This document shows, piece after piece, positions 13,682-25,928 of a stretch of DNA of 64,000 nt. The notes under the pieces were generated by a model. The model saw only the letters and a list, made by a program, of their open reading frames with translations. It was not told the origin of the DNA and did no database searches. Source of the stretch: Paramecium tetraurelia (lineage: Eukaryota); contig CT868492.1 in assembly GCA_000165425.1 (NCBI GenBank), forward strand, positions 1-64,000, written 5' to 3'. Position 1 is the first letter of the stretch. Every line of letters begins with the position of its first letter. Position numbers and translations under genes: made by a program.

Positions 13682-15151
13682 TCATGACTATCTAAAAATA
13701 AAGCTAGATTATCTTGTTTAATAAGGAGAGATGGAAGGTAATTACAAATGAATTCTCTTCTAACTATTGACTTTTGGCAATTGTATGTCCAGAGACGTTT
13801 TGTATCTGGAAGGGCAATCTAGAATTATTTTATGTCATAGTTACTGTAGCATCGATTAGAATTGAGCATTTTATTTTTAGTAGACACCAGATCTTAAGAT
13901 GAAGTCATCTTGGTTAATTGAATAGTCTTCAAACTCTGGGGTTTGTAGTAGGTCTTTTGATGATGTCGAATATTGATGTGCGTATCAGTGTAGACTCTTT
14001 AAGTTTTGGGTGCATCATCATTAAGGAAGATCTCATTGATTTCATCAGAATTCTAAGATTTCAAATAATACATTTCTTCGTGGCATTACTATTTGAAGAT
14101 CTTTACCATCTGCAATGCCTTCACTATCTAATAGTTTAAAATTAATTTAAATACAAGCTGAAACTTTTAAATAAAATTGTATCTTTAAATGATTTCTTTA
14201 TTGGTGATCGGGTGAGACTTCCTGTCCTCTCCCAGTAGCCAGGGATGTTCCAGACACTGTTCAGCTGTCATTCTATCGATTGGACTGCGAGTAAGGGTGT
14301 TCTTGATGAAATCCTGGGCCATTCTTGGATATTATGAAATCATATATATACTCGGATAGATGAGAGGGATAAGTGATATGAAATTCTCGAGAGAGGGTAC
14401 GGTAATAGTCTTTTTTGGTTTATCCTTGAGTCCAGATAGGGTGTTTGTTGTTGCACAGCATCTGATAGAATATTACTCCAAGAGAGAAGATATCAAGAGC
14501 CTTATTTAAATAGTATAAAATACTTGCGTTTATTCACAACCATTTATGAGTTCGGGTGCAATGTAATATGGAGTTCCAACTTGTTAGCCGATGATGCCTC
14601 TGCAAACAATCTGGTACCCGAGACCTAGATCTATCAATTTTACATGATTGCCATTAGAAATAAAGATGTTTTCTAATTTTAGTTTTACAAAATACCAGGC
14701 TTAAGATCTCTATGTATGATTCCTTTGCGATGTATGAAGGCTAAAGCATTTAAGACTTAGAGCATAATGTTTCTAATTTGGAGTTCGTCAAGGGTTTGTT
14801 CCTTCAAGACAACGTCTAGTGTAGTTCCAACTAGTTTTTCCATTATGAGGTAGATAAAATTATAAGCAACCAGAACCTTAAGGGGTATAAGGAGAAATTC
14901 TAACCTTGTACAATTTGACAATATTTGGATGAGAACTTTCTTACAAAAGCGATGACTCATTCTCTTGTTCAAAATAGGGCGTAATCTAGTGTTTAATTAT
15001 TCAATACTTTGATTGCCACCACTTTGTCTAACTATTAACTATAGGCTGCAACCACAATTCCGAAACTGCCTCTTCCCAAGACTTCAATGTACCTAAAGTA
15101 ATCGGTCAGTAAGATATCGTTTAAATTATCAATTAATTATTAAGGGTCCAT
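13682..15151 (-). CDS. Ser/Thr protein kinase
   Basis: [40 protein letters not shown]; multiple tiny introns. Confidence 0.9.
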
Positions 15152-15178
15152 TATTTTATATATATTATTATTTATTCA

Positions 15179-16422
15179 TCACTTTGAATTGGCCAATGAA
15201 CATATGTAGACCACACCTTCTCCTCCACCGAAAGCAAATTTGTTACTCTTATTTCCGTAATCTACACAGTAGACTCCTATGAGAGAATTTGAGATTATTC
15301 ATACCTTCTTATAAGTCTTGGATGTAACCGCATGTTTAATATTGATTATTAATATCGAACAACTTTAATTCTTATCGGCCACTGCTACCAGCCAAGATGG
15401 TGTCTCCATTTATTTTACTGAATTGACAAGAATAGACATAGAAATCACTGTTGGTATTATTTTTATCCCATGGTATCTCTTAGATTAGTTACCTGGTACC
15501 AAAATCCCACAATTGCATTTAGTTGTTTGTTCTATAAGAGCCCGTCAAGATTTAACCATTTCTAGATTAGAATGGATGGATGGATACCTAAAATCTAAAC
15601 TATCCCCAGAAAGATTAGGACCATAGATAGTTCCGATAGATTTGTGATCTCTGAGATCCCATATCAAGAGATTGCCATCCCATCCACCAGAGAGTAGAAT
15701 GTTGGGTGTTTCTTCTAAGTACTTGAGAGCAAAGATTCTGTTCTGATGCCCAGGTTGATTGCTTGTGTAAATAATGAAATGTTACTAATCAGCCTTGTCA
15801 AAAGTGTGGATCACTTCCTTCTTTTCATCGTCATAAACACGTATCTATTATAATCACTATCAAACACTCACTTTAAAATCTTTGCCAGCAGTGGCAAATT
15901 GATCTCCGTCTGATCTTATATCTAAGGCCAATAGTTGATTGCCTTATTCGACTGTTCTGAATAATTGCTTTCCAGTTTGAGCCTGCCACATCATGAGGGA
16001 GCCATCAGAATTCGCAGATAAAAACACGCTTTTGGCTTTATTGGCTACATCTCTCCTCCATCTAATTGCAGTCGTAGGACTGGCTCCTTCTGAAGATCCC
16101 TGCAAATTGAATGCCAATTTCCCTTAAATATTGCTGCTTTCTTCATACCAAACACTATGTTAAAAACCTTGACTGTTCCATCCGAACAACCAGCTGCTAT
16201 GAGTTGATCCTCGAAATCGAATCTCAAACAAAAGATTTCAAATTCAGGGTTTCCAAAAAAGGTTTTCAATGATATTTTTTTGGACTTACTCTGTACTTCC
16301 CCAAATCTTATTGTCTATACAAATACATACTTCAGCTATCCATAACTATATTGTGTTTATTTTTTATTTGTCTTCTTTTTATCCCTTGATGTTGAACGAT
16401 CTTTTTTTTGTTTCGGGTCCAT
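15179..16422 (-). CDS. WD40-repeat protein
   Basis: AAGCSDGTVKVF, GHQNRIFALK, LSGGWDGNLLIWDLR, TGSYRTNNQMQLWD. Confidence 0.9.
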
Positions 16423-16437
16423 TTTAATAATTAATTT

Positions 16438-17432
16438 ATGAAATTTTAAAATCCAAAAGGCATCTTGTCTGTGATCTTTGTCTATGGCATCATCTTGAGT
16501 GAGTATTATGTATTTGTATTTCATTATTTACCTTATAGATACAGCAATGTATTATATTTATCATTAATATAGAATAGTGGATCCACAATCTTCATTGGGA
16601 TTGAATTCACACTCATCTACTTCATGATTCATTGGGCCTACATCCAAGCACAAATCCAATCCCCTGGACATCCCTCTCCAGATCTGGTATTCGCATATCC
16701 CCTTAAGTCTAGGCCAAAAACTATCAAGAACATACTCTCGAAGAAATCAAGAGCAGAACCAAAAAACACTCAGAAATCATCCAAAAAAAACGAAAACAAA
16801 AACTAATGAAGAAATACGAATTGGCCATCGATGAAGAAGACGAATTATTGTACTCCCATATCATCTCATTTATCTAGTGACATCATTTAAGCCATGCAAC
16901 TTGATTCCTATTGTTTCAAATGCAAAAATGTCAAATAACCCAGAACCCATCATTGCAAAGAATGTAATAAATGCATTCTCAGAATGGTATTTCACAACAA
17001 CCTAACTAGGATCATCATTGTCCCTGGGTCAACAATTGCATCGGACAGAAGAATCACAGATTCTTTTGCCAATTCATTATCTATGCATTGCTCTGCCTGT
17101 CCCAATGCGTCATCTTTATCACAATTGAAATGTTCGGTGACACTTAACTCAAAGGAGATTCTAAATTCCTTTGCCAAATGTGTGCACTAACTTCCCTACT
17201 CCTTTGCCTCTCCATGGGAACACTTCTAGGATTTCATCTGTATCACATAGCCAAAAATGTTACCACTGTTGAATTCCACATTGAAGAAATGAAAACAGAT
17301 AATCCATTTTCAAAATCCAAGGTTATTGACAATTTTAAAGAACTCTTTGGCTCTGAATATATCCATTGGATTCTGCCCTTAACTTAGAGTGAAAGTAAAG
17401 TTAGAATTAAACATGACTCATTCGAATTATGA
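16438..17432 (+). CDS. DHHC-type palmitoyltransferase
   Basis: [25 protein letters not shown][intron][23 protein letters not shown] and NFKELFG motifs, TM helices. Confidence 0.95.
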
Positions 17433-18196
17433 TTAGTTATCAAAATTACAACAATTAAATTAATTCTCATAATCCCATTCCTGTTGTTATTACTAATTAT
17501 GGAATTATGATCAGGTTCCAGCATTCATAACATGCATTTTCTATACATCATTAATTTATCTTAGATATACACATTTAGTTACAATATTATTTTTATTTTT
17601 TAAGAAAGGTTTTTTACATTAAGTAACATCTCCTTTTTCTTATTATCTAAATTCGGTCGAAAAATTCAAACCTTATAGATTGATAATATTTAATTTAGAT
17701 ATCCTTCACATAAAATAATTTGATTACAACTCTACCATCAACATTAGATATTTTTAATCGATATTTGATTTCAATTTATAGGTAATCTATTTTATAATAC
17801 TAATTTCAAATTTTATATGTTAAAGGGTATTATTGATTGAAAATTACAGATATTCAATTTTTTTCGATTTAGTAAATTGAATATTAGTGATAGGTAGAAG
17901 GATATTTATAAATTCGATGAGAATGAATTGAATAAGAACTACTTGAATGAATTATTTTGATTTAAGATTAATTCTCATTTCATTCTCTTTTAATTCAATA
18001 TCTTAATTGGAAGATCAAATACATTATTAAGAAATTGAACAGATAAATATATTTTGAATATTTGTATAGATTGAATATACTTAATATGATATAAAAATAA
18101 GAGATTATCATTATTTAATAAATGAATTGAGTTGCATTTGCTTTGGTTATTAGTAATGAGTGATAAAAGCTATTTATTCATATATTTAATAAATTA

Positions 18197-18759
18197 ATGG
18201 CATAAAAGAGATAACTGAAACAACCAGACCCTGGTCAAGTGGTGAATAAGGACATAGTGTTTAGTGAAAACATAAGAAACGAGATGAAATTCTTTGATAA
18301 GAATAGAACTGAGCATTTTTAATTGAATCCCAATAGAGGTATTTATTAATTGTTATCCATTTTAGTTGTCATTTTGGCTGAAAAACCCAATCATATAAGT
18401 ATATATCATAATGAAATTGCAAGAACCTCAATCACATTAGTCATCTAGAAAGGAGAAGGATAATGACATCTTTGGAAATCCATATACAGATGATCCTGTT
18501 GAGGAAGCATTTTCAAATCAGAAATTAGAAAAGACTTTGGAGTTGAGAAATCAAATTCCAAGACAAAAATACAATTTCCCAATGACACAAAACCAAGAAA
18601 TAGGATGGTTTGCCAACTAATTAGTAAATTTCCGTAATATTTTAGAATGTCTATAAACCAACTAAGAATTTTGCAAATCAACAATGTGAAATCACTAAAT
18701 TTGTGGATAATTATTTTGAAATGACTCATGAAAACCCGTTCAAAAAGAAAAGATCTTGA
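18197..18759 (+). CDS. FAM183/CFAP144-like ciliary microtubule inner protein
   Basis: FQLNP..VVILAEKP, PKTKIQFPMTQNQEIGW, CEITKFVDNYFEMTHENPF; several tiny introns. Confidence 0.75.
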
Positions 18760-18790
18760 TCAAATATATATATTATCACAATATCTATAA

Positions 18791-19735
18791 TCACTTACAT
18801 CTACTGATATTAAGCTTAATTTGTTGGAATATTATAAAAATAATTGATCTCTCCAAAGGTACCCCTTCGTTTTTATGTTTTATTGCGGTCATTATTTTAG
18901 TGAAGTTATTGATATTAAAGAAATATGATGTCTCTAGAATCTACCTTGAATGATATTAATGCTTTATTTATATTATCATTTAAATACTCTGCAAACCAAC
19001 TCCAATAATTACTATTTCATAGTATTTTTTAATTTCTTGAAATAATTCAATCATCTATAGTTACCTTAAGATTTGACAATTACTATTCTAAATTTAAATT
19101 CTATATCATTCATTATATCTTAAAGTTTCATTAAAATCTACATTTAGAGTGTTGAAAGGTGTTAAATAAAAGGAGTTCAACTGATACAAGATTACTTGAA
19201 ATATATAAACTAGTATTTTTAAGAATGTATTTAAATAAGGATTTTAAAAGCGATGAGTTAATGCTTTTTACAAACAAGTATTCATAGTAAAATAAAGTGC
19301 ATCAACTTATTACCAGTTTATGTATCTAAAGATTGTATTTGACTTAACAAAATCTACATGTAGTATTTATAAGTTCTAAGGAAGAATTATCATTATTTGA
19401 GTAGAAATTCAATAATATTGTTGATTAAATTATTAAAATTTGCCATAATCTTGAGTAAAATGTACGTTTTATTGTTTATGTCAACATATCCGAGAACAAA
19501 AAATAATAAATATTATTCAATTAAAAGATTCTAACGTTGTCACTACCTATGGATATTCTTTTATGTTAGTTTCTTTAATTTAAAATAAATTAATTAAAAT
19601 TTTAGTTGAATACATTTATAATTTAAAAACCAATTTGAGTAGGCTGAATAAATTTATCATTATTTTGGAATTACTCCACCTTTTTCTATAAGGTTCCTTT
19701 TCTCTTATCAAACATATTTTTATATTATTTTTCAT
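18791..19735 (-). CDS. Hypothetical protein
   Basis: Code-6 frame ends ...IFQQIKLNISRCK*. Probable start MKNNIKNMFDKRKG followed by a 31-nt intron. Internal exon structure was not fully resolved. Confidence 0.45.
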
Positions 19736-19851
19736 AATTAATAAAAAAAAACTAAATTATAAGCCTGATTTTTTGAAATGGCATTAAATGACTGGCTGAA
19801 AAAGGTAGGAGGAGTTTATTTAATATTTTTAACAATATAATTTATATTAAT

Positions 19852-22591
19852 TCATGAGTTCATCAGATTATTGATTTTTTGTCTGACCAAATAGTACTCC
19901 TTATCCAATTCTGCAATTAATTTATTTGTCACTTTGAATTTCAATGCTCTATATTTTAGAGTCTTCAAAGATGCTATTTCCTATCAATAACTTATATTTA
20001 TACATCTGTATTCTAAGTAAAAAACTCAGCTTTGGTTAGATTGTTTAAGAATTGCAGTAAATTATCAAACTTCATTGATAGGATTTTCTCCTCGTAGGTT
20101 TCAAAGATTCCCAATAAGATTTGATAATAGCCACACCATCCTCTGCTCAATAATAGATCCCAAATATCAAAGAGCACCGTAGAAAACTCATTCTTCATGA
20201 AAGACCCAGTAAATAGAGTAATAAACCAAGGAGCAGAATAATGGCCTGCTTCGATTTTCTCTTCTTTGAGATGCAAATGGATTTTGGGCATGAATATGGC
20301 TAACAATCGATCTAATTTGTAAAAGAACACTCTAATGTATTTTAGATCATATAGGAGGACATCCTTTAGCAATTGGTTGATGAGTGCAGAGAAACAACGG
20401 AATGTCAGTTCTTCATCGACCATGATCATGAATATGAATCCCATAACAAAATTCATTCCTTATGTATATGAGACAGTGTTATTGTAATAAGCATATAATT
20501 TGAGTAAATTGTGTAAAGTGAGATGATTAATTTTGCTTTGTAATCCCACGCTATTGAATGACCTCTGCACATCCTAAGCAATTTATTGTTCCAAAGAGGC
20601 TTCCTTAGATCCAGCTGACTTTGAGTATTTCTCTTTTAATTTATAATAGTCAAGTTGCACTGAATCTGGCTATAACAAACTTGTCCATAATAACTTTCTT
20701 TTCATAGATAGTCTTTCACTAAGGTTGTTAAAACACAAATAATGCTGTTTGACCTTAGTGTTTAAAGTGGAGAATTCCTTATTAACCAACGTTATATTCA
20801 ATTGATCCTAAAGTGCCAAATATTTAAGACACTTCTTAAAGATGTAAAACAGTCTCTTCTTTTCCAAAATCATTTATTAGGTCTTGGGTGATTATGGCTG
20901 AATTTATTCCATGTAAATTTTAATGGATTCAAATTATTCCAATAATAATACGATGTCTTGCACTTTAATGTTGCACATCTTGGCTAACAGTATAATAGTT
21001 TCACTTGCATAATCGATTTTAATATCAAGTTTGAGCATCATGGAGCAGATTTTTTGTAGGTTTAAGAGGACCTTTAGGTAATTGAGTTTTTATTCTTGTG
21101 TCATTTACTCCTTGATGATTCGTTTCTTCTAATAGAGGAAATTCAAGATTTCATTTTTCTTAGGTTTATTTTTTTTCTTGTTGTTTTATTGTTTGTTTGA
21201 ATTATTTTCAAGATTCTCCTTCTCATTTAAATACAACAATAATTATTACCAATTATTTTTGACATAAAATAATGAGGTTTTTTCACTTGCCTATGAACCT
21301 ACAGTTATGAATTGATTTTTTTCTCTCATTCCAAATTGAGTAATGAAGTTTAATAAAGCATTGAATTCCATAACATTAAAAGCTTGATCTTTTTACAAGT
21401 CTATATACAATAATAATATGAATAAATTTACTGATAATTAAGTTTCTGGCAATCAACACTAAGAGATCATTAGCTTATTGATTAATTGTTATTGTATCTG
21501 TAGGTGCTTTATCAATAATATCAACGATATTATCGAGCAATTTAATCCTAGTGTCAGCATGTTGAAATAAGGTTTCATAATCATATTGGCCAAGAGCAGT
21601 TGAGTACGTGTTATTGCATATAGATTGTATAACATCAGTCAACTGGTTGATTTGTTAGACGAGTTGCTAGGACAACTTGAATTTCTGTAGATTGGCAGGA
21701 TCAAACTTATCATGAGAATCCATATTGGCTTTCCAATCATCATAAGTAATGAAATTGTCTTGCTTTGTCACTTTGAAGATGTTAAACTTCCTATTCTTCA
21801 TAATAGTTTTCAAGATGGGTAACTTTTCAATTTGGTACTTATTTTGAATCAAATGTAATTTGTCATTGGATTACTGCAACTATTGCAACAATCTCGCATT
21901 CAAGGTATTTGTGATCTTGGAAATGTGTTGTAATATCTTTTCTGAAGTTGCTTCTGTGATAGAGGTTCTACCCAATTCATTAGAATCGTATTCATCAAAT
22001 GATTTTTTAAATTTGTCGTTGAAAACGTCCCATAATTAATTTACATTGGCCAATTCCTATCGATAATCGACAAATAACTCGTCTGCTTTCAACTTCAAGG
22101 TTTTCGATTTTTTCTTCTTTTCTAAATCGTATGCTGTTTTTAAATAGTCATGTTGTTTGAGAAACAGACCCTCTCTTTGCTTTTCAACTTGCTTCAGGAA
22201 TTCCTGACCCTTGGTGACTAATTCGTTGTTGATTTAGTTGTAATTTTGCGTGAATTCTTCGTAAGGTTCCAAAATGCCTTATTTCATTTCACTTGTCAAT
22301 TCATCTAGATTGTGTGCAAAATTTATGATGGCGTTGGACAATTGATTATAATAGAAGAGATTCAACTCATTTTCTTCCTATGTTTATGCCAACTCCAAAT
22401 AAAATTATTCTGAGTATTCAGTTAATTACATTGAGAGAGTACAAAATGATTAATGGATGTTTCGTATGAACCCCTTGTAGATACCGACCTTATTGATAAT
22501 TACATTCTTATACCAATTTATTACTGTTGTTCACTTTACTATTCAAGTCATTCAAATAAGAATAACTTTCCTAAATGATTTTCTCCTGCAT
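19852..22591 (-). CDS. TBC (Rab-GAP) protein with N-terminal F-BAR-like coiled coil
   Basis: IAQDVQRS, YTQGMNFVMG and PWFITLF..IWD are TBC motifs; long helical N-terminus. Confidence 0.88.
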
Positions 22592-22622
22592 TATTATATA
22601 TATATAAATATTTATTGCAATA

Positions 22623-24455
22623 TCATAACTCAAATATCAATTTCTCCATCAATTGCCTTCCAAATCTACTATAAGCATTATCCAAATAGTTATTCAGTTT
22701 ATTCATATTGAAATTCAACGCTGACAATTTCATCACCTTCCCCTTCATCGATACCTGCACAGAACCATAAAATGATTTGTCATTTATTTTCATATCATCA
22801 ATAACTCCCACATTTTATTTACTTATTCTCAGCTGTCTTTAATTGACAGCTAAGGCTTATCTCCTATCAATTTCAGCTCTCAACTCTTTTGTCAATTCTA
22901 CCCAAGTGTATGTTTCTGGACACAACAGTTCACATGGCTCAAAATCCCCTTTGTATGACATCTTATTCGTATTTTGTAAGTAAAATCCAAGATAATAATA
23001 CTTGAAATCTGGGAAGTGTTGATTCATCAATTTCACATACTCAATCTCAACGAGAGCTCCGAATGTTCCGAAATTGAATTCCTCAAATATCGGATCATAA
23101 AAGAAATACACTGAACTCATAGCTGTCTCAGTGATATCTACTACTCCAATAGCAACCAAAACATCCCCTAAGTAATATCTCATATGAAAACAGCCCATAA
23201 ACAGGATCTTACTTTTATCAATTTATGATTATATGAATTTCTTCTAATCTAAACCTTGTTCGCATAAAAATGAAGAATACCCATCCTTACTTTCCTTCGT
23301 ACTCCCATGAATTTCCTTGCAATAACTTTAATATAATTTGAAGTTCTCTTCTGTGCATTCTGCTGGCTTCAACAAGACCTTCATGTTTCCTATCTAAAAT
23401 TAGTTTGATTTAAATGTCTCAGTATCTATTAGTTTGATATTTTCTATTTTTTAGTATATAGGTATACATACATTTTTATTGGTTAACAAGATTTTACTCA
23501 ATGATGATCTTCTACTTTTCTTACACCAACTATTTTTCAATTTACATTAAATGAACATCAGCCTTTTACTAATTTTCTTTTGTGAATACTGATAAAAACC
23601 CAGTTGGTTCTTAAACAAATAGGAATTGATTGCTAATGAAATACTTCTAAACAAAGGGAATAATTAGTAAGGCAAATTTATTGACAGGGAAATCTTAGAA
23701 TAACAATTTCTTATTCAGACCATATATGAGCATCATAAAATTACTGTAATAGTCTCCTTTGCTATTGACTTTAGATGGGAATATTTGAACTGTATCAATA
23801 TTGAGATTGACTTGGAATATGGATTGAACCTCATCAATTTTAAATCCCTTGGAGTCAAAATACTCTTTAAACAATTGAATCACTTCTGGTATATTTTATG
23901 CTATCAATTCTTAGAATTATTGAAATTGCAATTTCAACGATTAGACTATCTCTTCTGATACTTTATGGGGTTTCTATTTTTCTTCTACTACTATTTTTTA
24001 TTTAGGCTCAACCTTCTGTTTTAATTGCTATGGCTATTTGTTTAATTGCTTTTATTCCTATTACTGCTTTAGATTTTTGCTTATTTGTTGAATGGCTGGT
24101 TTCAGTGATTCCACTTTATTTTTAAGTAAATCGGATTGAACAACCTTTAAAAATGTTTTGGCAATCTTCCTTTACCCTTTTTTCTGCTAAGATAATAGAG
24201 CATTGGCTCTGATGGTGTAAGAGAGACAGCAATTCTATGCGAAATTGTATTTGTAATAATAAGTGCCACACCTTCTCCATCCTCTATCCATCATGGATTG
24301 ATATGTGGAGGGATACAACTTATCTTGTTGGATATACAATTACTATAATTACTTGTTGAAAAGCCTTGGGAGTATGATTTCCCTTTGTGACAATAAGAAC
24401 AAGTTGAGGAGTGATCTCCTTGAAAGTAGCCCAGATTGATATTATCAATATTCAT
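22623..24455 (-). CDS. ATE1: Arginyl-tRNA--protein transferase
   Basis: CSYCH, YQSMMDRGWRRCGTYYYK..CC.SYTIR, GCFHMRYYL..LVAIGVVDI, SSVYFFYDP, YYYLGFY..KMSYK. Confidence 0.95.
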
Positions 24456-24483
24456 ATTAATTATTTGACTAAATAAAATTAAA

Positions 24484-24885
24484 TCAAACAGCTTGGCTTG
24501 GGTCTTCCTTAGCTGAATACAAATGTGGGTGAATGTTGGGCAAGACACCTCCATCAGCAATGGTAGTATTGGCCATCAATTTGTTCAATTCATCATCGTT
24601 TCTGATGGCTAAGAGAATGTGTCTTGGGTTGATTCTGTTCTTCTTGTTATCTTTAGCAGCATTTCCAGCGAGTTCCAAAACTTCAGCAGCCAAATATTCA
24701 AGGACTGCTGACAAGTAGACTGGAGCACCAGCACCAACTCTCTCTGTGTATCTTCCTTATTTCAAATATCTTGACACTCTTCCGACTGGGAATTATAAAC
24801 CAGCTTTGTGAGATCTGGAAACTGATTTGTGGGCTCCTGCTGCCTTTCCTCCTTTTCCTGCTTTTCCTTTTCCTCCTGATGACAT
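24484..24885 (-). CDS. H2A: Histone H2A (C-terminal SQ motif, H2A.X-like), intronless, 133 aa
   Basis: MSSGGKGK...[20 protein letters not shown]...[20 protein letters not shown]...PSQAV*. Confidence 0.98.
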
Positions 24886-24966
24886 TTTGAGTTTAATTAA
24901 ATAATCAGAATAGATAATTCAGTTCAATTTTAAACACTCTCAAAATTCCTTTCTTGGATTAATCAA

Positions 24967-25018
24967 CCAATCAAATTCTAGATCTCAATACTCTACTCAA
25001 AGAATTAACACCCAATCA
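24967..25018. promoter_or_regulatory. Two CCAAT(CA) boxes upstream of the H2A gene
   Basis: ccaatca at 24967-24973 and 25012-25018, about 80-130 nt upstream of the H2A ATG; CCAAT boxes are typical of histone promoters. Confidence 0.5.
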
Positions 25019-25161
25019 CATGTCAAGAATCATTTTCTACACCAGATTCCTCAACTATATTGCTAGGGGAGTACTTTTGGTTTTCATCTCTACTTTCTAA
25101 GATACATCCTAAGATATCTCAAAGATATGATAAAAATTAAAATCATTAAATTCATTTATAT

Positions 25162-25847
25162 TCATTTATTGCCTTTAAATTAATCTAATTTCATCTTCAT
25201 AGAAGCCAATTCCAAATCAGCCAACTACTCCTACAAACCCTCAAAATTGATATCGTCACACTTGAAACTCTCCCTCTTCGATTCCAACAGCATCTTATCG
25301 GGACTGTCCAATGTAATCCCTTCCAAATGATCCATCTCATGCTAAACCACTCGAGCCTCAAAACCACTATTATAATACTATGCTAATTATACCTCAGAGT
25401 TTGTTTAATTAATTTAAACTTTTCATTAATGAATTGATATTCGATCTTGTAAGGCCTCTCCACCTTCCCCATCAAAAAAGGAAATGAAGGACACTCCTCC
25501 CATTCCACCTACGTGAATCGGCTTTGCTTCAACTTCTAAGGATTTATTAAGGTCATATAATCCGACGATGACAAATTATTGTAACACCACTGGTTCTTTT
25601 TCATATGTTTCAACACAACAAAAATTTGATAATTGTACCCTATCTACGGGCAAGACAAGCTTACGGCATTCTCTTGCGCTGCAGTCATTTTTAGACATTA
25701 GATTATCTATTTCATTCTCTGAGACATCATCTAAATCGGCTAAGTTTATTAAGTTATTTTCTGGTAGTCCTTGTCTCCGATTCTCAGTATCCTGTGAACC
25801 TGTGCTGGAGGATTTTATTATTATATTAATTTATCTGCAAATTTCAT
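25162..25847 (-). CDS. PDF: Peptide deformylase (probably mitochondrial)
   Basis: AVSLSCPQIG (motif 1), LINP, WEECPS (motif 2), VERP, ARVVQHEMDHLEGI (motif 3); one intron near 25366-25392. Confidence 0.88.
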
Positions 25848-25928
25848 AAGACTAAGTATTAATAAATTTTCACTATTAAAAATATATATATAATGTGATA
25901 ATATATTTCGAATATTAAGATTTTAATA

